The position numbers and the translations under genes are program-made. The notes under the pieces are model-generated. The model was given only the letters and a program-made list of their open reading frames with translations. It searched no databases and was not told where the DNA came from. A stretch of DNA of 64,000 nucleotides from an uncultured Candidatus Saccharibacteria bacterium. Its GTDB lineage: Bacteria > Patescibacteriota > Minisyncoccia > Phycocordibacterales > UBA5272. The stretch covers positions 20,408-84,407 of the forward strand of contig CAZEIK010000001.1 of the NCBI GenBank assembly GCA_964512315.1, in the 5' to 3' direction. Within the stretch, counting starts at the first letter, position 1; every line of letters starts with the position of its first letter. Below are positions 9,160 to 18,738 of the stretch, piece after piece.

Positions 9160-10956
9160 ATGCAACAAGAAATTAGAAACATCGCCATCATTGCTCACGT
9201 AGACCACGGTAAGACAACTCTTACTGATGCGCTAATGAAGCAATGTGGCACAGGAGAAGAAGGATACACAATGGACTCGAATGCACTAGAGCAGGAGCGT
9301 GGTATTACTATTTATGCCAAGAACACATCAGTTGAATACAAGGGTGTGAAGATAAATATATTGGACACACCGGGTCACGCGGACTTTGGTTCTGAGGTGG
9401 AGCGTGTGCTCCGTTCAATTGACTCGGTACTTCTTCTTGTTGATGCTCAAGAAGGTCCAATGCCACAAACAAGATTCGTGCTTAAGAAGTCTCTTGAGTT
9501 AGGTCTTAAGCCTATTGTTGTAATAAATAAAATTGATAAGCCAGCGGGAGATCCAAAGCGTGTACATGATGAGGTATTTGAGCTATTTATGGAGCTTGGG
9601 GCTAATGACGAACAGCTAGACTTCACAACTGTGTATGCTATTGGTCGCCAAGGAGTTGCGATGAAGAATGTTGATGATGAGAAAGTTAATCTCGATCCGT
9701 TGCTAGACACAATCCTAGAAAAAGTTCCAAAGGCAACAGGAGATCAGAATAACAAATTCCGCGCACAGGTATTCAACTTGGCTTATGATAACTTCCTCGG
9801 TCGTATGGCAACAGCACGTATATATGACGGTAAGGTTAAGACAGGAGAGACTATAACAGTATTGAAGTCAACAGGTGAGTCTCGTACCGGCAAAGTCTCA
9901 AAGATGTTTGCGTTTCGTGGTGTGCAACGTGTAGAGGTTGAGGAGGGTATAGCCGGAGACATTGTGATGATAGCTGGATTCCCAGACATTTTCATTGGGG
10001 AGACATTCGCAGAAGATGCCACAGTCGAGCCAGTGAAGGCTATTAACATTGATGAGCCGACTATCGCGCTTTACTTCCTAGTTAATGATTCGCCATTCGC
10101 TGGTAAGGAGGGTAAGTTCGTAACCACAAGACAGATCAGAGACAGACTTGAAAAGGAGCTTGAGGTTAACGTTGGTATGCGTGTTAATTTTGACGGTGAC
10201 AGATATGAAGTGTTCGGTCGCGGTGAGATGCATATCTCGGTACTTTTGGAGACTATGCGTCGCGAAGGTTTTGAATTACAAGTGTCACAACCTAAAGTTA
10301 TTATTCATACATTAGCTGATGGGTCTAAAGAGGAGCCATATGAGGAGCTAGTTATCGATGTTCCAACTGAGCACAGTGGTATTGTTATGGAGAAGCTCGG
10401 TAAACGTAAAGGCATGATTACTGACATGCAAGAGAAAGATGGTATCACTCGTGTGAAGGCTGAGATACCAACTCGTGGGCTACTTGGTTATCGTGGTGAA
10501 TTTATAGTAGATACTAAAGGTCTTGGAATATTGTCATCACGCTTCATCAAGTTCGGCCCTTATGCAGGCAAGATTGATCGTCGTGACGTAGGCTCGATGA
10601 CAAGTATGGAGACAGGTAAGGCGCTAGGATTCTCACTTTGGAATCTTCAAGACAGAGGTGTGCTATATATTGGTCCAGCTACTGAGGTGTATGAAGGTAT
10701 GATCATTGGTAACACAAGTAAAGGCGAGGAGATGATTGTTAATCCAACTAAGGGTAAACAGTTAACTAATATGCGTGCCAGTGGGTCAGACGAAGCTATT
10801 ACTCTTGTGCCTCCATTTGAGATTACAATTGAGCGTGGTCTTGAGATCATGAATGACGATGAGTATCTCGAGATTACTCCTAAGTCAGTTAGATTGCGCA
10901 AGCAGCTATTAACTGAGAGTGAGCGTGCCAAAGCTAATCGTAAGAAAGAAGACTAA
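9160..10956 (+). CDS. typA: Translational GTPase TypA/BipA
   Basis: IAHVDHGKTT, DTPGHADF, GRGEMH, TNMRASG. Confidence 0.97.
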   Translation: MQQEIRNIAIIAHVDHGKTTLTDALMKQCGTGEEGYTMDSNALEQERGITIYAKNTSVEYKGVKINILDTPGHADFGSEVERVLRSIDSVLLLVDAQEGPMPQTRFVLKKSLELGLKPIVVINKIDKPAGDPKRVHDEVFELFMELGANDEQLDFTTVYAIGRQGVAMKNVDDEKVNLDPLLDTILEKVPKATGDQNNKFRAQVFNLAYDNFLGRMATARIYDGKVKTGETITVLKSTGESRTGKVSKMFAFRGVQRVEVEEGIAGDIVMIAGFPDIFIGETFAEDATVEPVKAINIDEPTIALYFLVNDSPFAGKEGKFVTTRQIRDRLEKELEVNVGMRVNFDGDRYEVFGRGEMHISVLLETMRREGFELQVSQPKVIIHTLADGSKEEPYEELVIDVPTEHSGIVMEKLGKRKGMITDMQEKDGITRVKAEIPTRGLLGYRGEFIVDTKGLGILSSRFIKFGPYAGKIDRRDVGSMTSMETGKALGFSLWNLQDRGVLYIGPATEVYEGMIIGNTSKGEEMIVNPTKGKQLTNMRASGSDEAITLVPPFEITIERGLEIMNDDEYLEITPKSVRLRKQLLTESERAKANRKKED

Positions 10957-11009
10957 CTAAAACAATAAAAGCGCCCAGGCTTTGCCTGGGCGCTTTTATT
11001 GTTTTAGTT
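10955..11009. terminator. 26-bp perfect inverted repeat / terminator after typA
   Basis: AACTAAAACAATAAAAGCGCCCAGGC-ttt-GCCTGGGCGCTTTTATTGTTTTAGTT. Confidence 0.85.
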
Positions 11010-11028
11010 GTATAATGTCTAATACTTT

Positions 11029-12789
11029 ATGCAAAAATATTTCTCTATTACATTGCGCCTTTGGAAGCTTCTAAAGCCATTCCATAGAGACTTCTATATA
11101 CAACTAGTGTCCATAGTCTTGGCTCAAGCCGCTTCTATTTTTTACATATACATGGCTGCCAAGATGTTAGATAGCATAATTTCCAAAAACTTTAACCTAG
11201 CGATTCAGGTTTTTATTTTATTTTTTGCGGTAAAAATATTAGACACAATTATTGCTTACTTTTTTGAGAAGCACTCTTTTTCAACAATTGAAACTAAAAT
11301 TCAACAATATTTGCAAGAGTATTCTTTCAGAAAAATTTTCAAGCTAAATCCTTCTCAGTACAACGAAGACCACAGCGCCATAAAAATACAAGTTGTAAGC
11401 AGAGGCGAAGGTTCGGCAGACGAGATAGTGAGCAGGTTGGTTTTGGAGATATTGCCAGTATTTACTCAGATAACTTTCTCTGTGCTGATGATATTAACTT
11501 TTTCTAAAAGTATATTCTTGATTTGCTGTATTACTTTACTTATATCTATTTTTTGGTCTTATAAGTTTACAAATTATCACAGACCTTTTGTAAAACAAAA
11601 TATGGACAACTGGGATAAGTTTCAAAAAGTTAGAACAGAGTCTTTCCAGCATTTATATCTAATAAAAATAATGTCTCAATCAGAAAAGTATATAAACAAA
11701 TACTTATCTAGCAGGGAGCAAAATATAGAGTATCATCTGTTCACTTGGTTTAAGAATATTAAGCATGCTCTTAGGAGAAGGCTATTTTTTGTTGTTAGTA
11801 GAAATATGTCTACCGCTGTTCTGGTTTATATTGCTTATTTGGGGCAGATTACAGCTGGTGGCATATATGCTGTATGGCAATATATTAATAACGTCTACGA
11901 TCAGGTCCAAGTCATAGTCCGCGCTATGCGTCAGCTGCCTTTACGTTTCGTTGAGCTGGAGAAGTATTTGGATATCATTGATAAGCAGCCTGAGTTTAGC
12001 GAGACAGGCAAACATAAGTTCTTAGATGGTGATATTATTTTTGATAATTTTTCTTTTAAGTACCCAAAGGGTGAGTCTAATGTTGTCGACAATCTGAGTC
12101 TCACTATACCGCAAGGCAATAAGGTAGCGTTCGTAGGCCACTCAGGTAGTGGCAAGAGTACAATAACCAAGTTACTTTTGCGTGCTTATGCGTATACAGA
12201 TGGCAGTATAAAGATAGGTAACTTTGAGCTTAAAGACATTAACGCAGACTCGTTAAGGCAAGGCATAGGTTATGTCGAGCAACATGTAGACCTTTTTGAC
12301 GATACCATTAAGAATAATATTTTATTTGGTGTTGATGAAAAAGTTTTAAATAAGTGGACCAAGTCAAAAGAAGTTGACGGTAAATTAGAAGAAGTTGCTA
12401 AGCTCGCCAGAATAGATGAGTTCTATAATAGGCTAGGTGAAAAGAAATTTGAAACAGAAATAGGCGAGAGAGGTATCAAGCTAAGTGGCGGTGAGCGTCA
12501 GCGTATAGGAATAGCAAGAGCTATTATAAAAGACCCTAGCATTCTTGTCTTCGATGAGGCGACATCAGCTCTCGATACAGTCAACGAGCAGTATATAAAA
12601 GAAGCCATAGACAATGTAAGTCGTGGCCGCACTACGATCATTATTGCGCATCGCTTGTCTACTATTCGTGGCGCAGATAAGATATTTGTTTTAGATCACG
12701 GACAACTAGTTGGAGAGGGTAAACATGAAGAGCTGATGCAGACTTGCTCTATATATAGAGACTTGGTAGAGCATCAAGAGTTGATGTAA
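11029..12789 (+). CDS. ABC exporter, fused TMD + ATPase (MsbA-like)
   Basis: TM N-terminal half; GHSGSGKS, LSGGERQR, FDEATSALD, IAHRLST. Confidence 0.95.
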   Translation: MQKYFSITLRLWKLLKPFHRDFYIQLVSIVLAQAASIFYIYMAAKMLDSIISKNFNLAIQVFILFFAVKILDTIIAYFFEKHSFSTIETKIQQYLQEYSFRKIFKLNPSQYNEDHSAIKIQVVSRGEGSADEIVSRLVLEILPVFTQITFSVLMILTFSKSIFLICCITLLISIFWSYKFTNYHRPFVKQNMDNWDKFQKVRTESFQHLYLIKIMSQSEKYINKYLSSREQNIEYHLFTWFKNIKHALRRRLFFVVSRNMSTAVLVYIAYLGQITAGGIYAVWQYINNVYDQVQVIVRAMRQLPLRFVELEKYLDIIDKQPEFSETGKHKFLDGDIIFDNFSFKYPKGESNVVDNLSLTIPQGNKVAFVGHSGSGKSTITKLLLRAYAYTDGSIKIGNFELKDINADSLRQGIGYVEQHVDLFDDTIKNNILFGVDEKVLNKWTKSKEVDGKLEEVAKLARIDEFYNRLGEKKFETEIGERGIKLSGGERQRIGIARAIIKDPSILVFDEATSALDTVNEQYIKEAIDNVSRGRTTIIIAHRLSTIRGADKIFVLDHGQLVGEGKHEELMQTCSIYRDLVEHQELM

Positions 12790-12803
12790 AAGGTGTGACG
12801 TAT

Positions 12804-13169
12804 TTAGTAAGGTATTTTACACTCTTCAAAGCAGTGTGCATCGCGGTTAAGTTTGTATATACGATTTCTTCCAATGGTTTGGCTTTCCACCGCGTCGACA
12901 GACTGGAGAACTTGTAAGTGATGTGTGATTGTTGGTTGTTGCAAATTCATTTGTTCTGTTATTTCTCCAACAGTCATTCCTTCTTTTGTTTTGCCGAGCA
13001 TACAGACTAGGTTGTATCTACTGCGTTCCCCGACAACTTTGAAGCAGTCAGGGCAGAGCTCTTTTTCACTCGATACTTTTTTAGGAACCCATTCTGGAAC
13101 AGGGTATGTTTTTTGTTTTTCAGTATTTTTTGGTTTTTTTGGGCTTATCCCCAGCTGTTTTCTATTCAT
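12804..13169 (-). CDS. ArsR/SmtB family transcriptional regulator
   Basis: wHTH MTVGEI...QPTITHHLQVL...GRNRIY; Cys in CPDC and HCFEEC. Confidence 0.85.
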   Translation of the reverse strand: MNRKQLGISPKKPKNTEKQKTYPVPEWVPKKVSSEKELCPDCFKVVGERSRYNLVCMLGKTKEGMTVGEITEQMNLQQPTITHHLQVLQSVDAVESQTIGRNRIYKLNRDAHCFEECKIPY

Positions 13170-13214
13170 AGACGGTCATCTATATTATAATAAAAACTAT
13201 AGATACTTATCAAT
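13168..13214. promoter_or_regulatory. Two related palindromic operator-like sites in the arsR/nrdD divergent region
   Basis: ATAGA-cggtca-TCTAT (13168-13183) and ATAGA-tactta-TCAAT (13199-13214) flanking TATTATAAT. Confidence 0.55.
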
Positions 13215-13230
13215 ATAACATAAATATAAA

Positions 13231-15426
13231 ATGAAAACACATATACCTGTTAACATCGCTCCGAGCTTTAAAAAGATAATTAAACGTGACAGGTCACAAG
13301 TCTTGTTTGATAAGAATAAAATAGTGTTAGCAATAGCCAAAGCTGGGCATGCAACAAAAGAATTTGATTCTAATATGGCGGAATTGCTGGCAGATAAAGT
13401 TGTCACTTATCTAAACGGCATAGTTCAGGGTGATATTGTTCAAATAGAACAAGTTCAAGATGCTGTAGAGCACGTCCTGATGGTATCTCGTTTTAAAGCC
13501 ACAGCAAAAGCTTACATTTTATACAGAGAGCAACACGCAGAAATGAGAAGTTTTGCTACAATGTCATCACTCGGACTGGTTGATAATTATTTAGATAAGT
13601 TAGATTGGCAAGTAAAAGAGAATAGCAATATGGGTTATTCTCTACAAGGTTTGAACAATTACATCTTTTCAGAAGTTAGCAAAACATATTGGCTAAATAA
13701 AATATATCCAAAAGAAATACGTGACGCATACGAGGCCGGAGATATACATATACATGACTTGGGTACATTATCGATATATTGCGTTGGGTGGGACTTGATG
13801 GACTTGTTAATTACAGGCTTCAAAGGTGTTAGTGACAAGATAGAGTCAGCCCCAGCAAAGCATTTCCGTACTGCTTTGGGTCAAGTTGTGAACTTTATGT
13901 ATACGCTTCAAGGTGAAGCTGCTGGTGCGATAGCTTTTTCGAATTTCGATACATTGTTAGCACCTTTTATCCGTTATGACAACCTTAGTCAAAAAGATGT
14001 AAAGCAAGCTCTTCAAGAATTCGTCTTCAACATGAATGTTCCTACTCGTGTCGGTTTCCAGACCCCATTTTCTAATATAACTTTAGATTTGAACCCCTCT
14101 GTAAATTTCAAAGACACACCTGTAATAATAGGTGGTAAGGCACAAAAAGAAACTTATAGTGAATTTCAAAAAGAAATGGACATGTTCAACGAGGCTTTTT
14201 TTGAAGTCATGATGGAAGGCGACTCCGCAGGGAGAGTCTTTTCTTTCCCTATACCAACCGTAAACATAACAAAAGACTTTCAGTGGGATAATCCAAAATT
14301 AAAAGGATTGTGGGAGATAACTGCAAAATACGGTGTACCTTATTTTAGTAACTTTGTTAGCTCAGATATGAAGCCAGAAGACACCCGTTCTATGTGTTGT
14401 AGATTGCGTTTAGATTTAGAAGAGTTAGACAGAAGAGGCGGCGGGTTATTTGGAGCCAATGCACTTACAGGATCTGTTGGCGTGGTTACTGTTAACTTGC
14501 CTAGACTAGCTCATATTGCGAAGTCTAAAAACAAAGACTCTTTGGAGTTAGCAAAGAGAGACTTTTTCGCAAAACTCGATGAGCAGATGGATATTGCAAA
14601 AGAAAGCTTAGAAATAAAAAGAAAGTTATTAGAAAAGCTTACCGATGCTAACCTTTACCCATATACAAAGTTTTATCTTAGGAATATAAAAAGTGGTTTT
14701 GGTCAGTATTGGAAAAATCATTTCTCAACAATAGGTCTTATTGGCATGAATGAAGTATCTCTGAATCTTTTTGGAGAAAATATTGGTACACAGTCTGGTA
14801 GAGATTTTGCAGGAGAAGTTTTGGATCATATGAGGACAAGACTGGTCAAATATCAAAAAGAGACCGGGAATCTTTATAACTTAGAAGCGACTCCAGCCGA
14901 AGGAACATCCTTTCGTCTTGCTCTTAAGGATAAAAAAATGTATCCAGATATAGTTGTGGCAAATGAAAGTCTTTATAAAAAAGGAGCTAAACCTTTCTAT
15001 ACAAATTCTTCACATTTACCAGTTAATTATACAAATGACATTATTGAAACATTAAATATTCAAGATGGATTACAAACCAAGTACACAGGAGGTACAGTTA
15101 TACATTTATTTTTAGGAGAAAAGCTGACCGACTATCAATCTGTACCAAATCTTGTTAAGAAAATATGTGAGAATTATAAGTTGCCATATTTTACTATTAC
15201 GCCCACCTTCAGTGTGTGTCCTCAGCATGGCTATATATCAGGAGAATGTTTTAGCTGTGGTATGTGTGGGAACGTTTGTGAGGTCTATTCACGTATAGTT
15301 GGGTATCTCAGACCTGTTAGTCAGTGGAACGAAGGTAAACAAGCCGAGTACGATATAAGAGAAACTTATATAACAGAGCCCGTTCTTACTATTAATAGCA
15401 AAGACTTAACACAATTAGCTGCATAA
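13231..15426 (+). CDS. nrdD: Class III (anaerobic) ribonucleoside-triphosphate reductase with ATP-cone
   Basis: IIKRD ATP-cone, HIHDL, RSMCCRL, EATPAE, Zn site CPQH..CGMC, glycyl-radical loop RIVGYLRP. Confidence 0.95.
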   Translation: MKTHIPVNIAPSFKKIIKRDRSQVLFDKNKIVLAIAKAGHATKEFDSNMAELLADKVVTYLNGIVQGDIVQIEQVQDAVEHVLMVSRFKATAKAYILYREQHAEMRSFATMSSLGLVDNYLDKLDWQVKENSNMGYSLQGLNNYIFSEVSKTYWLNKIYPKEIRDAYEAGDIHIHDLGTLSIYCVGWDLMDLLITGFKGVSDKIESAPAKHFRTALGQVVNFMYTLQGEAAGAIAFSNFDTLLAPFIRYDNLSQKDVKQALQEFVFNMNVPTRVGFQTPFSNITLDLNPSVNFKDTPVIIGGKAQKETYSEFQKEMDMFNEAFFEVMMEGDSAGRVFSFPIPTVNITKDFQWDNPKLKGLWEITAKYGVPYFSNFVSSDMKPEDTRSMCCRLRLDLEELDRRGGGLFGANALTGSVGVVTVNLPRLAHIAKSKNKDSLELAKRDFFAKLDEQMDIAKESLEIKRKLLEKLTDANLYPYTKFYLRNIKSGFGQYWKNHFSTIGLIGMNEVSLNLFGENIGTQSGRDFAGEVLDHMRTRLVKYQKETGNLYNLEATPAEGTSFRLALKDKKMYPDIVVANESLYKKGAKPFYTNSSHLPVNYTNDIIETLNIQDGLQTKYTGGTVIHLFLGEKLTDYQSVPNLVKKICENYKLPYFTITPTFSVCPQHGYISGECFSCGMCGNVCEVYSRIVGYLRPVSQWNEGKQAEYDIRETYITEPVLTINSKDLTQLAA

Positions 15427-15427
15427 T

Positions 15428-16117
15428 ATGTTATTTGGTGGTTTTGAAAAGTTCACTTTGATAGATTACCCAGGGAAAACTGCTTGTATGGTTTATACAG
15501 TAGGCTGCCCATTTCGTTGTCCATATTGTCACAACCCAGAGCTGGTAAGCCAGGTTTGCGAAACAAAGATTGACGAAGAAAAAGTTATAGATTTTTTAAG
15601 GTCTAGAGTTGGGCTATTGGATGGCGTCGTTATTACCGGCGGAGAGCCAAGTATGCACGGAGACAATTTGATAAATTTTATGAGAAGAGTTAAGCTGCTT
15701 AACTTTTCAATAAAGCTTGATTCCAATGGTGTCGATCCCAGCTTTTTACAAAAAGTTATTAAAGAAAATCTAGTTGATTATATAGCTATGGACATAAAGT
15801 CGCCGATGGTGAAATATATGCAAACAGTAAATAGGTCTGTGGATGTAGAAGCTATTCGCAAAAGTATAGAGTTAATTAAAAGTAGCGGTAAGGATTATGA
15901 GTTTAGGACGACCGTTCTCGATTCTTTATTATCATTTGATGATATAGATAAAATAGGTACAGAAATTTCTGGTGCCAAGAGATACTTTTTACAAAAGTTT
16001 GTATCAACAAAAACTCTTAATCCAAAGTTTGCTAAAAAGTCTACATACAAAGATGAAGATTTTATAAAAATGAAAACACTTATGGAAAGGTACGTAGACT
16101 TTTGTGGAATAAGATAA
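15428..16117 (+). CDS. nrdG: Anaerobic RNR activating radical SAM enzyme
   Basis: DYPG, GCPFRCPYCHNP, TGGEP, YEFRTT; 1 nt after nrdD. Confidence 0.93.
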   Translation: MLFGGFEKFTLIDYPGKTACMVYTVGCPFRCPYCHNPELVSQVCETKIDEEKVIDFLRSRVGLLDGVVITGGEPSMHGDNLINFMRRVKLLNFSIKLDSNGVDPSFLQKVIKENLVDYIAMDIKSPMVKYMQTVNRSVDVEAIRKSIELIKSSGKDYEFRTTVLDSLLSFDDIDKIGTEISGAKRYFLQKFVSTKTLNPKFAKKSTYKDEDFIKMKTLMERYVDFCGIR

Positions 16118-16120
16118 TTT

Positions 16121-16819
16121 ATGCTAGAAAACACAATTCAGTACATCGTTGTAAGAGTAGAAAAAGAAACGCATGATGTTTTTAGGTTAGGCCTGGCTCC
16201 AGAGGGCGGACTACTTAGTTATGTGGCAGGACAAGTTATTACAATATATTATCCAGAAGTTTCTAAAAATAAAGGCAAGGAATACAGTATCTCTAGTGCC
16301 CCAAGTGAGAATTGTTTTGAAATAACTGTAAAAAGAGTGGGAGTGTTTTCTGAGATGATTACTAGTAAAAAACCAGGGGATATTATTATCGGGTCCCTGC
16401 CTTATGGGTATTTTTATACAGAGTCAGAAGTTTCTGATTTGGTATTTTTAGCTGGAGGTATTGGAGTCGTGCCGTTCATGAGTATTATAGTAGAAACCTT
16501 GAAACTTAATCCAACTAGGAAGATTAGTCTTTTTTATTCTAATAAAAATCTCAAAGATATTGTGTTTAAAAGTAAGTTAGATAACTTGGTCAAGTTACAC
16601 AAAAGTAACTTTCATGTTTTTTATTATTTAACAAAGGAAGTATCGTGTGAGGCTGACACAAAGAGTGGCAGAATATCAGTCCAAGACGTTCTGCAATATT
16701 GTAACAACGAGACAGAGCTCTTTCTCTGTGGATCAAGCGGTTTTGTGTCTAGTTACTACAGGGCTCTTGTTCAAAATAACACATCAGAGCAAAACATTTT
16801 CACCGAAGAGTTTTCCTAG
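16121..16819 (+). CDS. FAD/NAD(P)-binding oxidoreductase (ferredoxin reductase family)
   Basis: YSISSAP, PYGYF, LAGGIGVVPFMS, LCGS, terminal EEF. Confidence 0.9.
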   Translation: MLENTIQYIVVRVEKETHDVFRLGLAPEGGLLSYVAGQVITIYYPEVSKNKGKEYSISSAPSENCFEITVKRVGVFSEMITSKKPGDIIIGSLPYGYFYTESEVSDLVFLAGGIGVVPFMSIIVETLKLNPTRKISLFYSNKNLKDIVFKSKLDNLVKLHKSNFHVFYYLTKEVSCEADTKSGRISVQDVLQYCNNETELFLCGSSGFVSSYYRALVQNNTSEQNIFTEEFS

Positions 16820-16866
16820 GTGGTGTTATACTTTTATTAAGTTACCTTTATCTTTAAATTTAAAAC

Positions 16867-18111
16867 ATGTATTCATATATTATATTTGAAATATTATCTT
16901 GGTTGTCTGGTCTTGTGGCTGCGATAGTTTTTTTGGAGCATTTATTAAAAAGAAAGTCTATTAGAGATTTTTTTAAAAGAAAGTGGGTATATATACCAAT
17001 TATAGTTTTGGTGTTGTCATATTTTGGTGGCGTTTTATCAGATAGAACTTATTCTCCTGGGTTTGCTATGCCTATGTTCATGCACACAATGGCTCCAGGC
17101 GGGGTAGCGCCGAATTTACCTTTCGCTAATGTGATTAACTTTTTTAAAAGCCAATCTAATTTTGAAAAGGTTTCAGATATAGGAAGAGATCCTAATGATG
17201 TGCCATCAGCCTTAAGTAGAGATACATCACAAGAAGTTAAGATAAATATAAATGTTAAAGAAGTTATAAGTGAGGTATCGCCAGGAATTTATTTTAATTA
17301 TTGGACATTTGATAATGCTGTACCTGGTCCAATGTATAGAGTAAGAGAAGGGGATACTATTATCATGTCTATAACCAACGACAAGACAAGTTTACATCAT
17401 CACAACATAGATCTTCATGCCGTGACAGGTCAAGGCGGAGGAGCCTCACTTACCGACGTTATGCCAGGAGAAACCAAAACATTTAAATGGAAAGCTCTCA
17501 ATCCTGGACTTTTTATTTATCATTGTGCCATGCCAAATGTGAGTACTCATAATTCGCATGGTCAATATGGCTTGATACTTGTTGAACCGAAAGAAGGGTT
17601 AGCAAAAGTAGACAAAGAGTTTTATGTGGTTCAGGGTGAACTTTATACAATGGGGGAAATAGGTAAAAAGGGGCTAACTATTTTTGATTCACAAGCCCTT
17701 GTTGATGGGCATCCGAATTATGTTACATTCAACGGTAAGATAGAAAGCTCGCCACGTATGCACGCAAAAGTCGGAGATAAAATACGTATTTATTTTGGTA
17801 ATGGTGGTGTTAACTTAATATCTTCATTCCATGTTATTGGTGAGATATTTGACAAAGTTTATCCAGAAGGCGCAATAGGTGAAGGTGGTGCGGTTTTAAA
17901 AAATGTTCAGACAACAGCTGTGTTGCCTGGTGGGTCTACAATCGTAGAGTTTAAGGTAGATGTTCCAGGTAAATATTTGTTAGTGGATCATGCTCTAGCT
18001 AGGATGAACAAGGGAGCCTGGGCGGTGTTAGAGGTCACAGGGTCTAGTACTCCAGAAATATATTCTCCAGTATATCAAGAGGGAGAGGATATGGAAGACA
18101 TGCAGCATTAG
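16867..18111 (+). CDS. nirK: Copper-containing nitrite reductase with N-terminal TM helices
   Basis: HNIDLHAV, YHCA, SSFHVIGEIFD, LVDH; cupredoxin domains. Confidence 0.9.
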   Translation: MYSYIIFEILSWLSGLVAAIVFLEHLLKRKSIRDFFKRKWVYIPIIVLVLSYFGGVLSDRTYSPGFAMPMFMHTMAPGGVAPNLPFANVINFFKSQSNFEKVSDIGRDPNDVPSALSRDTSQEVKININVKEVISEVSPGIYFNYWTFDNAVPGPMYRVREGDTIIMSITNDKTSLHHHNIDLHAVTGQGGGASLTDVMPGETKTFKWKALNPGLFIYHCAMPNVSTHNSHGQYGLILVEPKEGLAKVDKEFYVVQGELYTMGEIGKKGLTIFDSQALVDGHPNYVTFNGKIESSPRMHAKVGDKIRIYFGNGGVNLISSFHVIGEIFDKVYPEGAIGEGGAVLKNVQTTAVLPGGSTIVEFKVDVPGKYLLVDHALARMNKGAWAVLEVTGSSTPEIYSPVYQEGEDMEDMQH

Positions 18112-18127
18112 TTAAAATAAAGTGTTT

Positions 18128-18154
18128 AAAACAGGCGCGGTTAGCGCCTGTTTT
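18128..18154. terminator. Terminator after nirK
   Basis: AAAACAGGCGC-ggtta-GCGCCTGTTTT. Confidence 0.7.
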
Positions 18155-18359
18155 TGCGAAAGTTGTTCAGGTTGTAGGGGAGCGATGTAACCTTCCTTTG
18201 GCGAAGGTATGCAACCAGCATGCACGCCGACAACTCACTGGGGCACCTGATGAAAATAGCTTTTTTGGGTCCAAGCATTGCGACAACGTGTACGACTTTC
18301 GGTAGTGTCTTAGCGATATGTCTGAGCACTTCGCTGGAGGGAATGTAATGGTCTAACAT
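18141..18359 (-). CDS. Hypothetical small protein (orphan)
   Basis: 72-aa ORF with AGGTG SD-like motif and TGCTACACT -10 upstream; ends in the hairpin. Confidence 0.4.
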   Translation of the reverse strand: MLDHYIPSSEVLRHIAKTLPKVVHVVAMLGPKKAIFIRCPSELSACMLVAYLRQRKVTSLPYNLNNFRKNRR

Positions 18360-18417
18360 TTTGCACCTGTTTCTGTCTGTGGAGCTAGTATTAAGTGTAG
18401 CATGTTATTATTTGTAT

Positions 18418-18699
18418 ATGAAAAATATCGCACTTAAGACCAAGATATGGCAATGGCCAGGCGATACGCCTTGGCATTTTGTAACAATAAGCAAAGCTGA
18501 CACCCAGAAGTTGCGAGCAGCATTCCCGCGTGCAGCAATGGTCAAGGTGGAGGCCAAAATAGAGGGTGTTGAGTGGCTAACTTCACTTTTTTACAGCAGG
18601 GAGGGTCAGGCCTATATAATGCCTATTAAGAAGGGTGTACGCCAAAAGCTAGGCCTATTCCATAGTGAGGAGGTAGAGGTGAACATAAAAGTACTGTAA
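18418..18699 (+). CDS. DUF1905-like protein
   Basis: IWQWPG..WHFV, VKVEAKI, W.TSLF, Y.MPIKK.VR; start at MKNIA. Confidence 0.8.
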   Translation: MKNIALKTKIWQWPGDTPWHFVTISKADTQKLRAAFPRAAMVKVEAKIEGVEWLTSLFYSREGQAYIMPIKKGVRQKLGLFHSEEVEVNIKVL

Positions 18700-18738
18700 A
18701 AATAAAAACAAACCTCACCTTCGGGCAGGAATTATTTT

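Noticed and set aside
13200-13213. FNR box (TAGAT-N4-ATCAA)
   Set aside because: Near match, but no FNR/CRP gene is seen in the window and the paired site fits the adjacent ArsR better; not fully excluded
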